A stretch of DNA of 63,231 nucleotides, the filler included, from Rhabdomonas costata (lineage: Eukaryota): NCBI GenBank assembly GCA_019059605.1. It is 50 parts of 50 records of this genome, joined end to end, with 100 filler letters (N's around TTAATTAATTAA, not from the genome) between each part and the next. Parts side by side here need not be neighbours in the genome. Positions count along the whole stretch, not along the records: positions 12,687 to 13,854 come from JAHMHO010025348.1; positions 13,955 to 15,121 come from JAHMHO010025349.1; positions 15,222 to 16,388 come from JAHMHO010025350.1; positions 16,489 to 17,655 come from JAHMHO010025351.1; positions 17,756 to 18,922 come from JAHMHO010025352.1; positions 19,023 to 20,190 come from JAHMHO010025353.1; positions 20,291 to 21,455 come from JAHMHO010025354.1; positions 21,556 to 22,722 come from JAHMHO010025355.1; 42 more parts are not named here. One strand, given 5' to 3'. Below the pieces are notes generated by a model. The model searched no databases and had not been told where the DNA came from. It saw nothing but the letters and a program-made list of their open reading frames with translations. The position numbers and the translations under genes were made by a program. Shown piece by piece: positions 12,722 through 24,944 of the stretch (positions within the stretch are counted from its first letter, which is position 1; each line of letters begins with the position of its first letter).

Positions 12722-13176
12722 GTGACAAAGATTGCCATAGAGACTAATCCTGGGAACAATCCCGTGGGCTGTCGAACCGGCGAAGCCATTGTTACAAGGG
12801 CGTACAACCTGCCTTGCCAGTGTGTACTGTTTTCCGCTGTTACTGAAGCGGTGGCTGGCAAATTGAAAACTCTTCATGTTGGTTCTTTTGCCGCAGAAAA
12901 GTGATCCACACGGTTGGTCCACGGTATAATGAGAAATACAAGACAGCCGCCGAGAACATGCTGCACAGCTGCTATCGGTATCGCCTGCGCCAAATTTTCC
13001 TTCCTTTCAGGCTTCGAGTGCGGAACATGTGTGGACGTTTGTCTGCTCACAACTCCCCCCCCCCAGCGCCTGCCTACAAAGTGTGGTTGAGCACCATCTT
13101 GACAGTGTGGTCTTCACCTGCATTCACTCGGAGCGCAAGAGCTATGCGGCCAAGGACGCCGTCCCAATTGCGCTGC
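12722..13176 (+). CDS. GDAP2: Macro-domain protein, GDAP2-like; exons 12722-12819, 12897-12977, 13067-13176
   Basis: Two GT-AG introns splice in frame to GCRTGEAIVTRAYNLPCQKVIHTVGPRYNEKYKTAAENMLHSCYRACLQSVVEHHLDSVVFTCIHSERKSYAAKDAVPIAL. Confidence 0.85.
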
Positions 13177-14206
13177 GTATACTTTTGGTCGTTGCTCTTG
13201 AACTACTCCTTGTTTTGGGCAAGATAGCAAAGAAATGCTGGGATTTAGGGCGAGTCTGTATGACGATGGCACTGGATGTTGCGGGCGGCACTCTATTCGG
13301 AAATTGATTCGATTTTGACCCCCCCCCATTTGGAAAGTAGTCCTGAGCCATTCGACTTTGAGGTCTTTTGAAGAGAGTGAAATGCTTCAAGCGGCACCAT
13401 TGCAATGGCGCGTTTGTTTGGAAGGGGCACCTGCTTTCATTGTGTTTCCTGGAGCTGCTTGACTTGAGTGAATGTTGATTGCTTCCTCGTGAGCTTCGTG
13501 GTCCATCTGATCTTGCGCTTCTATGGTGCGGCCGGAGGGACAATAGACCGCTTTTTGCGGGCTCCCCTTCTCTAATTCTCTTTTGTTGTAAATTCGTTCT
13601 CCCAGTTTGGACCCCACTGTCGAGACAAAATTTTCAAAAAGAAAGTTCCGAAAATCCGAATTGCAGTCCGGCCAGGGGTGAAAAGACGGCAGCAGTGGGT
13701 CCCTCTCTGCAAAGGCTGTCTGGCTTCCGCCATAGCAGCCGCAAGCACTTTGTACAGCGGAAGCTTGACTTAGAATTTGTGAAAGCAAAAAAGTTTTCGG
13801 AAAAATGTTTTATAAAAATGTTGCTAATGGGAGCATTGGGAGGGGGATAAATCCNNNNNNNNNNNNNNNNNNNNNNNNNNNNNNNNNNNNNNNNNNNNTT
13901 AATTAATTAANNNNNNNNNNNNNNNNNNNNNNNNNNNNNNNNNNNNNNNNNNNNGGGGGCATGCGGTTGTTGATTCATTGGAGCTTGTACATTATTCTTT
14001 GGATTCGTTAAGATGCTGATTGTGTGAATGCAATCCGCTGAGCGAATTGTGGCTTCCTGTGATGGCAGGGGTTCGGCTTCATGTCTGAGCTGACTTCCTC
14101 GCTCGCTTGTTGCACTTTGCGTGGTGCCACACCTGCGCCATTCTTTCCTAGCACTGTTTTGGAGAGGTGGGAGAGCCTTGTGCCCACGCCCGTTTTTCGC
14201 TTGCAG

Positions 14207-14866
14207 GGGTAATGAGCTGCCTGACCTGCCGGGCCACCCTGGAGGAGATCCGGGCCGTGCTGGACCTCACGGGGGAGATCTGGGGCAAGGAGAGGCAGGC
14301 CATGGTGGATGCCCTCTGGAGGGACGTCCGGCAGGCCCGCCTGCACGGCGGGTGGAAGCTCACCGGGGACGCCGCCACGGACGAGGCCATGGCCAACAAG
14401 AGCGCCGTGCTACCGGCCAAGGAGCTCCTCAAGGCGGATTGGTGCTCCCCCCCCTTTTAGTGTCCACACATACACATGCATCCACACTCTGCCAATCCTC
14501 TCTTTCTCTCCTACGGGAGGAGCAGCGAATCATTGATGGAGAGGGGTGGATCGCTTACCCACCTGTTTACCAGTCCACCACCGTGGTGCCCCAGCAGGCA
14601 GGGTGGAAGGTGATTTTCTTTTGAAAAGCTCTGGCCGCTGAACTCAAGGTGCTGTGAACTCAAGGGAGCACATACCATATGTACAGCAAGTCTCTTTTGT
14701 TAGGTTAATGGACGCAATTCGGACTTTCGATTATCGGTTTTGTCCTGTCCGGTTTTTCGGATTCCTTCTTCCATCTGACACGGTTTGTTTGGTTTGTTTG
14801 TGTGGGCTTGCATGAGAGTGTGGTTTCACGTGTGGTTTCAGGTCGCACCTGCGGCAGCCCCGCCAG
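14207..14866 (+). CDS. Unknown protein, three probable exons (14207-14441, about 14516-14609, 14842-14866)
   Basis: First exon is very GC3-rich (SCLTCRATLEEIRAVLDLTGEIWGKERQAMVDALW...) with clear splice sites; the second acceptor is ambiguous. Confidence 0.55.
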
Positions 14867-15221
14867 GTACGCTGTGGTTGATACTTTGGGAAGCGTGGCT
14901 TTGCGTCTCGCAATTTGCCTCGATATCGCACTGTGCTTCTGGTGTGGCTTACGGCACTTGGCGTATACGCAGATAGCCTTTTTGCGTTTTGCGCCGAAAC
15001 CAGAGACCCAACCCTCACTCCTTTCCTCTTCCTCGATTCCATTTTTCCCCTTTTCGTCGGGGTTCCACAAGCTCGGCTGGGGTCGATGCTGTTAATGAAC
15101 TCTCGAATCTACACTACCCCCNNNNNNNNNNNNNNNNNNNNNNNNNNNNNNNNNNNNNNNNNNNNTTAATTAATTAANNNNNNNNNNNNNNNNNNNNNNN
15201 NNNNNNNNNNNNNNNNNNNNN

Positions 15222-16388
15222 TTTTTTTGGAGAAGGGCATCACGCAGAGCTTGGCCCCCACTCTTCAATGAAATTACCTGGGCCCCGCATCCATGTGGTT
15301 CAGCGCCCATGCCAGCATGCTGAATCTCGGTCAGCTCCTCTACGACGTCATTGAGATTCAGCGACGCCGCGGCCAACCTCTGTGGCTAGTGAGGTTGAAT
15401 GTCGCGAAGTGCTTCCAGTCGATCCCCTGGTTGGCGCTCTCAGTGGTGACGAAAGAGGCTGGAATCCCGGCTGTGGTGATACGGGCCTTTGCGGCAGCAC
15501 TTCCGTTACGTCCAACTAGTTTTAGCAAGGAAGCAGTCTCTGCTTCGACTCCTCCACCTGAGTCTCAACAGCTACGCGGAAGCGGAAGTTCTTGGTGGTC
15601 CGCATTTGGGCGCCTGAGCTGTTAGAGACCCACGCCTTGAAGCGCTTGCTCGGCGGCTTCTCTGGCTCCAGTGTCTTGCGAACGCCAGTAGGCGGCTGCT
15701 GAACTTGCATCGTCGACTGGCATCGGAGCGCGTCTTTTGCTGGAGTTATCCCACTCCGGCGTTAGCGGGAGCTCTCTCTCGGGTCTCATTGTCGGTGCAC
15801 TTCAATCTGTTTCTGGAGGTCCACTCGGCTGCCTGTCCGATACCTGACAGTAGCGGAGTTTCGAGCGGCCAAAACTATGCCTCCTTAGGCCCCAGAAAGT
15901 TCATCGAGCACCGCGCGGGTCCCTAAGCGCCGTCTTTGAGCGCAGAATCTAGAGGCACATATCTCCCTTGGTGCCTGGATCCAGGCCCACCCATTGCTTA
16001 AGTGGAGTCTTCGGTCGCCCTGCTGCTGCTTTGTGAATGCAACCATCAGCAGCCTTACACTGCATCAAGCCGGTCCTGGGCTTTTGTCTCAACGCCTTTA
16101 CCAAGCGGTTGGTGGACACGGTAGCCGTCAACTCGGACCTGGACTGGACGGACCACAGCAATGTCCAGATGCTGCTCTCCAAGAAACTACACCACACAAC
16201 CAACACTCGCTGGGCCGTTCGGATTCGCCCGCAGGTTGGGGAGCCTTTTCTCGGCACCTGGAAGGCCCACCTCTGTGCCCTCGTACAGCAGCAGCAGCTG
16301 CGTCTGGCGCCGCCACCTCGACTGCGGGAGCCGCAGCACAGCCAGCCGCAACACCAGCTGAGTCCGCAGCACTCGCAGCACAAACCAC
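15222..16388 (+). mobile_element. Degenerate non-LTR (LINE-like) retrotransposon reverse transcriptase remnant
   Basis: QRRRGQPLWLVRLNVAKCFQSIPWLALSVVTKEAGIPAVVIRAF matches RT motif LDxxKxFDxVxW..L...GxP; intronless with broken frames downstream. Confidence 0.65.
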
Positions 16389-17772
16389 NNNNNNNNNNNN
16401 NNNNNNNNNNNNNNNNNNNNNNNNNNNNNNNNTTAATTAATTAANNNNNNNNNNNNNNNNNNNNNNNNNNNNNNNNNNNNNNNNNNNNGCGTCCACTGAC
16501 AAGCGAAGGGTACCCGAAGCTGACTCCACAAACACTGCCCGCCTCAAAGGGGTTGTGTGCACAGTGTGCGGGATTAATCTGCAGAGAGCAGCTTAAGCTG
16601 ACGGTCGGGTGGTCCTGAATGGCGGTGCATGCTTTCCTGGAAGGCGACGCAATTTCCCTTCTATTTAACACCACCTGGGGAGGTGTGTTAATCCGAGAGG
16701 CGGGCATAACTGGTGGCTGAGCCTCCCTGAAAAATTTGTTTACAAACCCACTTAACGATAACCTCGGCGTAATGCGCTTTTCTCAAGTGTGGACCGGGGA
16801 CAGAAAACGGCACTTACATTGCTGTCATGTGCAGGTTGTGTTCACTGATAATGTTTCCTTTTGTGCGCGCTTTTGTGTGCGCAGAAAGACGAATGAGCAA
16901 CCACCACAGAAAACAGTAAAATAGAATCGGTGCAAATCTGCCCGGTTAAACATCCACCCGGAAGAGATTATCCAGTTTGGCAGTTGTCATCGCTTGTCAA
17001 GTACGCAGAACCCAGGACACCATTGTGAAACGTACTGGTGGGGTACTTCTGTTGGTCGGCTGCCTCGTTCTCCAGGATGTCGGCGGCAGGCTCCTTCTCT
17101 TTCTGCTTCAACGAATGCAGCTGGGCCTCAAAGCCCGCACGCGAGCCTGTGGGGTGGGGAGGCAAGGCGTGATTTCTAAAACCAACAAACAGTCTACGAA
17201 CAGCAAGCGAAAGTGCATGAATCTGTGCATCCACGATTGATGATTCCAAGCATCAGATTCCAGTGACATCCGAATTTCGATCTGACTTGGTGGAAAGGAG
17301 GATTGACAACTTTGACAACATTGACAACTTTTTCATAGAATCCGTTAGCTAAAACTCCAGAAACACAGTAGTTCTGGGAATGGGAGGGAAACGGTAAGAT
17401 CGGCAAAGTGACCTTCCCTTCTCTTCCCTTCTCTTCTCTTGCCCCCCCCCCTTCCCTGTTCCCCTTCGATGACCCTTTCATATGTGAAGACGTAAGAGGA
17501 CATTCCATACTTTGCGTTGATTACCGTTTTCTATACTGACAGAAACCCTTTTGCATGGAGGGCCGGGACAACGAAAGAACGCGCCCGGCATCGGGTTCGA
17601 GCTGCACGGTTGGTAAGGTTGTGCACAGATTGTTGAAATTTGTGCACAACCCAACNNNNNNNNNNNNNNNNNNNNNNNNNNNNNNNNNNNNNNNNNNNNT
17701 TAATTAATTAANNNNNNNNNNNNNNNNNNNNNNNNNNNNNNNNNNNNNNNNNNNNGTGGGTGTGTAAAGGGG

Positions 17773-18191
17773 AAGGCGGTTTAGTCCCCTTCCGAGTGTT
17801 TTGGGTCGAAGCGAAGGCGGTCAAGCCCCATTTGATGTGAGGCAAGGCGCGAGAAGCAAAGCAGGCAGTCGGGTTGGCCTCGCTTTCGCCGCGGGCCGGG
17901 TAGGGTAGAGCCGGGCCAAAACCAATCCGCGCAGCTTCCCAAGCCTGTGGACTATTGGTCGAAGACTCTCGGTCGCAACCCTCCACTCCTTCACAACCAC
18001 TTGGTCGCTTCTCAAACTCCGCCCGCGTGGGCTTAACCGCCTTCGCTCGGCAACTTGTCCAAACCTTCCGACCCGGGGGAAAGAAAGTCTTCCCACCCGG
18101 GTGGTTCGAAAGCGCTGACAAACATTTCGGAAGGACCAAGGAGGGGGGCGACTCGATTGGGCTAATTGGTGCGAGCCCGCCGTGCCGCCTT
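17773..18191 (-). ncRNA. Candidate structured RNA (~420 nt), class unknown
   Basis: Nested stems 18191-18185/17779-17773, 18137-18127/17795-17783 and a 19-bp stem 18047-18029/17828-17810; hairpins 18181-18147 and 18122-18055; several mismatches resolve as G-U pairs only on the minus strand. Confidence 0.5.
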
Positions 18192-18623
18192 TGAAAATGT
18201 TTCAAATTAAACGCAGCGGCATATTTAGGGCACTTTATGTCGAGTGGAATTTCTCTTAACAAAATTTTTAAAGCCGAAACTCGGAAAATGTTCATGGTGT
18301 TCGTGCCCACGTAACATTGGTGTGAAAAGAAGGATGAATAATCACGCAAACGTAATCGACAAACAAGCGCCCCACAGGCAATACCTCGCCTTCGATATAA
18401 AAGGGACCAAGGAGCGGGCCGCAGGAAAAACCCAGACCACATCAGGGAGAGAATGGCAGACGCACTAAAGGTCAGTTTTTGGTGGAGCCTAGTATGTTTT
18501 GTTTGCACCAATTCATTCATCGAACTCGAGAACAAGGAGGGAGAAAACACTGATCAACCCCCAAAACAAGTTGCACATCGACGATTCGGTGTACAATGTG
18601 AGAGACAACATAGCTAATCACTC

Positions 18624-18914
18624 CTACACTTCAGGGACACGGGAGTGATGTTCAGAATCGAATGCCATGCGAACATCGCCTTTAAAAAGCCCCGTAATGT
18701 CCACCTCACCCACAATTCCGGCAACAACACGGTGCAAAGCCAGCAACGTGGTCACAATGTCCTCCGAAGCCTGGCGGTACACGGCAAAATAGAGCAGGCT
18801 GCTGACCTCATTTAAGCTGCGAGGCTTCTCCTGGGGACTGCCTTCACCCTCTTCTGGGGACCCCTGAACCAGGGCTTCCTGGCGAATAATGGTGTCTTCA
18901 AAGGACGCTTGCAC
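18624..18914 (-). mobile_element. Second non-LTR RT remnant
   Basis: FAVYRQASEDIVTTLL...GLFKGDVRMAFDSEHH resembles RT motifs (F/Y)R..S.ED and D..KAFDSVxH, followed by a stop. Confidence 0.5.
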
Positions 18915-19089
18915 ACCACCCCNNNNNNNNNNNNNNNNNNNNNNNNNNNNNNNNNNNNNNNNNNNNTTAATTAATTAANNNNNNNNNNNNNNNNNNNNNN
19001 NNNNNNNNNNNNNNNNNNNNNNGGTGGTGGGATGAATCAAGCGTAACTGAAGCAGCTTAATACTGAAGCAACCAAGCAACCCTCTGTTT

Positions 19090-20190
19090 TCAGTCGAAGA
19101 GCACAATATGGCCGAGGTAGGGGTTTTTGATGAGGGGCTGCAAAAACTGCACCGTGTAGCAGTACTGCGGATCTCTGCAGGTGAAGTTGAACGTCCACGT
19201 GCTCCACGAGCTGTGGGTGTTGCCGTACGTGAACACGTTCTGCGGTCCCAGCGCCTCCGTGGCGCGCTGAGTGGGGTACTCGCTGCTGAAGTCCACTACT
19301 TCAGAGGCCCACAGGGCGGTGCGGTTCATCCCTGGCACCAGGCTGGTCACGGCCACGCCGTTGTGGAACAGCGTCCCTTTGGAGGGCAGGCTGCCCAGAA
19401 GCACCGTCGCGACGTCCTATCGGGTGCCCCACAAAAGCTAATCACTAACACGGCTGCTATCATACCAAAATCGTTATCATACCAAAATCGTGTACCCATC
19501 CCCGGGCGTCGGTTATCGGGTACCACCACAGCTGGTGCGCGTTGAGATCAGAAGGTTTGGCTGGAATAGCGTTCGGTGTTCGGAAAGCCAAAGGGTTGTC
19601 GAAACTTGCTGGGTGGCGATACCGCCACATAGCGGCGGTCACATCGACGGGGAAGAGCAAGCACTGCTTTGACCGTCATTAGGAACATCACCATTTCAAA
19701 AGTGTTGCCGAGGAAGGGTACTTGCGCGCCCATGCAGGGGAAAGTGAGGAATGGGAAATAAAAGTGTGCCTTACATTCACCGTTTGGGCACATAGACGGC
19801 CCGACCGACTGGGAGCAGGCCATGCAACAGTTGCGCACTCGCATGAAAAAGCCAACCCAGAAACTGAAGAAGAGCCACTGGGCATCCACTAGGAGTGCCA
19901 GCGAAGCGAGCCCTTCATTCACTTCAGTGCCACCGCCTCGACACAGGAGCGGTGGTGTGTGTGTGTGTGTGTGTGTGTCTGCGCGCCTAAATCGTCTTTG
20001 CGGATCTCCAAAGTCCCAGCGCCTTTCTCGAAATTCAGCCCTTTCAATACACACACATACACACAAACACAAACACAGGACAACACACAGGAGCACACCC
20101 CGTCGGGATCGCTGACGTTGATCTGGAACTCCACCGCAGGGGAGTCCTCCAGGAGGGTCAGATTGGTCGCCCCCTGCAGCACAGGCAGGG
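19090..20190 (-). CDS. Extracellular protein with a cadherin-like (Big_9-type) repeat and a beta-sandwich domain; exons 20190-20099 and 19416-about 19090
   Basis: Splices to LTLLEDSPAVEFQINVSDPDG|DVATVLLGSLPSKGTL (DxDGD..LP..G.L), then WASEVVDFSSEY..ATEALGPQNVFTYGN. Confidence 0.65.
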
Positions 20191-21109
20191 NNNNNNNNNN
20201 NNNNNNNNNNNNNNNNNNNNNNNNNNNNNNNNNNTTAATTAATTAANNNNNNNNNNNNNNNNNNNNNNNNNNNNNNNNNNNNNNNNNNNNGTGGTGGGTG
20301 TGTTTGGTTGGTGGTGGGGCCAAGAAAGAAGGGGTCATTCGCCTTTCCCGTTGCGACAGGAGTATAAACCCTTTCCTACCTTGCAGTCACATACCGTTGC
20401 GACGGAAAAAAGGCACTGCGCCTCTATCTCTGCAAACTTCACCCTACAGTCACATAATAACCACCCATTCGACTTACTCCAATTCCATTGAAACGACAGC
20501 GTGGAAGGGGTCAGCCTCCGCAACAAAAGTTGAACCACCAAGAGACAACGTTGTGTCCTTGGAAACCTGACCAAGCGGAAGCCAACCCTGCCTGAGGGGG
20601 GGCGGTCCCTTTGGGTACCTGAGCACTGCGGGGCTGGGAGAGGGTGCTGAAGTTGAATACGGTTAAAATCGTCCCCAAAAAGCGTGAAAGATAAAAAGAA
20701 AAGGTGCGTCAACCTTGTGCACAGACGCGGCAAGACGCAAGTGACCACTACAAAAGAACACTTTCCAGGGTGTGAAAAAAACAACTGCCTGCAAATCTTC
20801 CTCTGGAATCCCATGTAACACGGTGCCACCCTCTGACCCCTTCTTTTGAAGTCCTCAGCCATGTATATTCATGGCACCAACATTCCTTCAACCTAATTTC
20901 ACACCCTGAGGGGAAAATTCCCGCCTTGTTGTCCCAGCAAGTGATCCCATACAGATTGCTCAGAAGGACGAGAAACGGAAGCTACCCCGTTGATACCGTG
21001 CACCCGTGTTCAGTAGACAGTGAGCACGAAGTGGAAACGCTGCGAGGCCGGGAAGCAGGACCAACAAAATCGAGCAGTGGGAGAAGAGGCCGCGCACACT
21101 GGCAGGTAC

Positions 21110-21280
21110 CGGGCACCACGGCATAGGTAAGGTAGCCCTTCGCATAGCACTTCTCGCACACGTCGTAGTTGTCCTCGCGGTTGCCGTACGCGGTGCCAAT
21201 CCTTTGGCAGACGTCACAGAAATTCGCCTTGCGCCTGCGCTCGTCCTCCTCTGGGGCCAAACCTCTCAAGGCCGCCGCCC
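21110..21280 (-). CDS. Exon with a ZZ-like zinc finger
   Basis: FCDVCQRIGTAYGNREDNYDVCEKCY between CAG and GTACCT. Confidence 0.55.
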
Positions 21281-21609
21281 CTGTGTGAGAAATGGCCCGA
21301 CAGGCTTTTCGATAAATAACACGCGTTAAGGAAAATAACATCCTGCAACATCCTGCAGAAATCGGGAGTCCAGGAGGAGAAACCAATAAGAACAGCCCAA
21401 ATTGGGACTCGACATCCTCTGCTCATCTGTGCCGCCCCGCGGAAAAACCCCACACNNNNNNNNNNNNNNNNNNNNNNNNNNNNNNNNNNNNNNNNNNNNT
21501 TAATTAATTAANNNNNNNNNNNNNNNNNNNNNNNNNNNNNNNNNNNNNNNNNNNNTTTTTTTTCCTTTCCTCTCATCAAAACTCAAACACGGGTCGGGTT
21601 TCTCCACAG

Positions 21610-22163
21610 GAAATGGCGAGACGTTCGTGTTCCGGGTTTCGGAGCAAGGGGTGAGGCACTATGGGTGGAGCCGCAAGAACTCGTTCTTCCTGTGGGCCCA
21701 ATCCGACTGCCTCGCGTTTGGCGGGGGAGGGCACTTCGCGCTGTGGCTGGAGCAGTCTCTCGTCTGCGGGTGTCGAATGTGCACACACACAAATTAGGAG
21801 TAGGTGTGTATGTTTGTGTGTTTCCCCGGGCATAGGTCGGCTTTGCCCTCAGCAATTGCGCTGGTAAAAAAAGATTGCGGGTTTTTATGCAGGACCACAG
21901 GATACTGCGAAACCTTTGGGAGCCCCCCGCTTCGAAGTGGTTCGGACTCCATGGAGAACGAGAACTTCTCCATCTATGCCGTGGAGCTGTGGCACATCCC
22001 GGGGGTGTTCGAGTCGCGGGTGCAGAGCTTGAGCCTGAAGCCTGGGCAGTCCTCGACCCCTGGGCAGCTGAAGACTCGGTGGCTTCTCTCACCGTCATCG
22101 CCTTTTCTGACGAGCCCTTCACAGCATTGCTTAGTGAACTCTGTGATAACTCTCTGTCGCTGA
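21610..22163 (+). CDS. TLDc-domain (OXR1/NCOA7-like) protein; exons 21610-21769 and 21893 onward (3' end uncertain)
   Basis: GNGETFVF...YGWSRKNSFF...LAFGGGGHFALWLEQSLVCG|TTGYCETFGSPPL...FSIYAVELW, joined by a GT-AG intron. Confidence 0.9.
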
Positions 22164-23658
22164 TCACCTTCTGGTTTGGTGCACGCTTCAATGCGAGCTG
22201 CGGGCTCCGAAAGGAATCCGAAAGGAATGCCTGCGCGTTAACAAGGACCACCTTGGTCAAAAGTTGAAACTTTAGCGCTGTGTTGTAGTTTTTAGGGCAC
22301 AACTCTTTTTTTTTTACCAGGAGGTGACCTCTGTCTGTAATAAAGCACCTGAGCGGGAGAGAATTTTCCAGGCCGGGAAAAACCTTGCCTGCATACTGTT
22401 CGTGTGCACGTTCGTGCGTCCATACACAACCGCCTGTGTTGCTGTTCCTGCCAGGCTATTCCCGGTGAAGGCTGGGGAAGATGAGAAGTCGATCCCCTCC
22501 TGGGCCCTGGTCACTGTCAGCCGCTGCAGGGCCAACGACCTCAGCGAGCTCGCGGGCGAGCTCTTCGGCTCGGGCTTCTCTTTTGATAACCTTTCCCTTC
22601 TTGAGGTGCGTCCCCCTTGTCCTTGCCCCCCGAATGGGGAAGGTGCATTAGTTTGATCTTTTCTAGTTGGATGTTCTCGCAGCCATCGTCCCATTCTGGC
22701 TCATTTCTTTCCAAAAACCACCNNNNNNNNNNNNNNNNNNNNNNNNNNNNNNNNNNNNNNNNNNNNTTAATTAATTAANNNNNNNNNNNNNNNNNNNNNN
22801 NNNNNNNNNNNNNNNNNNNNNNTGTTGGGGTGGCGGCTCCGATGAAGTTTCCGGACTGGCTTTCTTTTCGAGCCTTCGAGTGACGCAAGGTGACTGTTGC
22901 AAGTTGGCAGGGTGAGCTTTTTGGTGGAGTTCCCCTCCTTCCGATTGGTTGTGGGTGTGTGGCTGAGTCAGTTTCACGCTTGTGTTGTAAAAATGAACAA
23001 GGGTAGGGCTTCCCAGCGTCATACTCATGTAAGCACCAGCTTGATGTTCCGCAGGTTGCTATTGATGCCTCGAAGAGCTCATCTATGTCAGGTCTGCACC
23101 TGCGCGAAATCTCGAACTTGATCGCTGCCTATCCTTCCCGTTTATCGTTGGGGGTTGCCTGCCCCAAACCGTGCATTTTGTGGGGTCCCTCATTGTGGAG
23201 CCCATGGTTTTCCCTAGGAGATATAATGGGGGATTGGGCCAAGTGTTATGCAATTTTGGTAAATGTTGCATAGCATCAGTGTAGACAACAGTGGTGGCAC
23301 GCCTTGATTATGTGACAAGCGATGAGATGTGCTGACTTTGGCTTCCTGGGCCAGGTAAACTCGGCTCCTTGCTCCTGCGTAACTGATGACGCTCAATTGG
23401 GTGTTTCGTTGAATCCAAACTTTCGGTGTCACACCACACAAGTCCCACAACCTCTCAACTTCCTGATTCGCACTGCTGTTCCCCGTGTTGCCCAATCCGA
23501 CACAATCCGAACTTGAGCAATCTAGCCCCCAAGTTTAATCGAGCAAACGGCAACTGAATTCAATGTGCGGACGCGGGACACAGCACTGCTTTTCGCTGAA
23601 GTCAGGAGTTCTTTTATTTCGGCTTTTTTTTCTCATTTCAACATGTCTCCTTTTTAAA

Positions 23659-23989
23659 ATGACACATATTCACTTGATTCTCCTCCTTTCATTTGGTTTT
23701 CTGGCACTGACGCTCACGGTGGGAGCAGCGGGAACTACAGACTTGGCTGCCTTGCCGGACATGTCGCTGTTCCTTCCCCACAACAGCAGCGTTGCGTTTC
23801 TGAACCACTTCAACGGGATTCCCAACGCCACCAACTACACCGTGGAGTTCTGGGCGGCATCCGCCTTCCCTCCCCAATCCCTGGCCTTCGTGTTCCAGGT
23901 CAATTCCTATTACCCCACGAAGGGTTTCTGGGAGGATTTTGCGATCATTTTTCAAGAGCACTCGATCATGTTCCTGCTGGACGACTACG
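23659..23989 (+). CDS. Secreted or receptor protein N-terminus with signal peptide and LamG/pentraxin-like domain
   Basis: MTHIHLILLLSFGFLALTLTVGA signal-like segment, N-glycosylation sequons and NYTVEFW motif; runs off the contig. Confidence 0.55.
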
Positions 23990-24140
23990 NNNNNNNNNNN
24001 NNNNNNNNNNNNNNNNNNNNNNNNNNNNNNNNNTTAATTAATTAANNNNNNNNNNNNNNNNNNNNNNNNNNNNNNNNNNNNNNNNNNNNTGTTGAGCGTT
24101 CCTAGCGTCTCTCTGCACGACGCAAATCTCACTCCGGCAG

Positions 24141-24747
24141 CTTTCACTCCGTGGTAATAACCTTCCGATACGTTGATGGTCGATTCAGAGCGGTCGCCAA
24201 ACCCTCAGCCCGCTCCCTTGCACAGCTGCAGCGCGTGTACCACCGCTACATCGAAGTGGTCCACGAGCAGGTCACTGCCCACCGCGGGATGGTGGACAAA
24301 GTGCTTGGGGACCGTGTGCTTGCCCTGTTCAACGTCCCTCGGCGGTGCAGCCGAGCGGAGTACCGTGCGGTGAAGTGCGCGCTGGAAGTGCTGGCGCAGT
24401 GGGACAGGGCACAGCTCCTTCCTCTCAACCACTCTGCACCAGTCTCCTTGCCCAGTGGGGAGATTTTGTCGCAGCGTGGGCTGGCCTATGCTGTGGCCAC
24501 CCCTGCGATGGCCTTACCCTCGACTGCAGAGAGCTTTCCAGGCGCGGAGGAGGTCGACGTTCCTGTGCTGCTGGGGCTCCGCGTGGGCATCGCGAGCTCC
24601 CCGGTGAGCTTTGGCAACCTCGGCAGCGATGTAGTGAAGAGGTTTGTGGTTGTTGGGGAAGCTGTTGGGCAGGCGGTTGCGGTGCAGAAGGTGGCGTGCA
24701 AGGCGCTTGGGGTGCCTCTGCTGATCACGGAGGTCGTCGCGAAGCAG
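24141..24747 (+). CDS. Class III adenylate/guanylate cyclase-like domain, catalytically degenerate
   Basis: HRGMVDKVLGDRVLALFN..AVKCALE..LRVGIASSPVSFGNLGSDVVKRFVVVGEAVGQA..LLITE; exon ends AKQ|GT. Confidence 0.85.
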
Positions 24748-24809
24748 GTAGAACTGCCGCAAGCACGGCTTTCCACTTGTGTCGTGAGGTTGTAATGCCT
24801 TTAAGTTTC

Positions 24810-24944
24810 TAATACCCCGAAAGTAAGAACTTTGTACGTGACATTTCAGTTAGAGGTGTTTCTTGGCTTATTTTGATGGCATTGGTCCTTTGCGGCATCC
24901 GATGATGAGCTGTGGTTAAAAAAGGCTCAATTTCGGATGTTGCC
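24810..24944 (+). repeat. Interspersed repeat, copy B (intronic; see 9773-9903)
   Basis: Collinear similarity to 9773-9903. Confidence 0.75.

Noticed and set aside
17238-17285. TGATGA...CTGA as a box C/D snoRNA
   Set aside because: Very short, no terminal stem or recognisable rRNA guide, and it lies among probable exons on the opposite strand
17756-18550. 280-aa minus-strand ORF in the ORF track
   Set aside because: No recognisable motif or coding bias; it overlaps the structured RNA candidate and is probably a chance ORF
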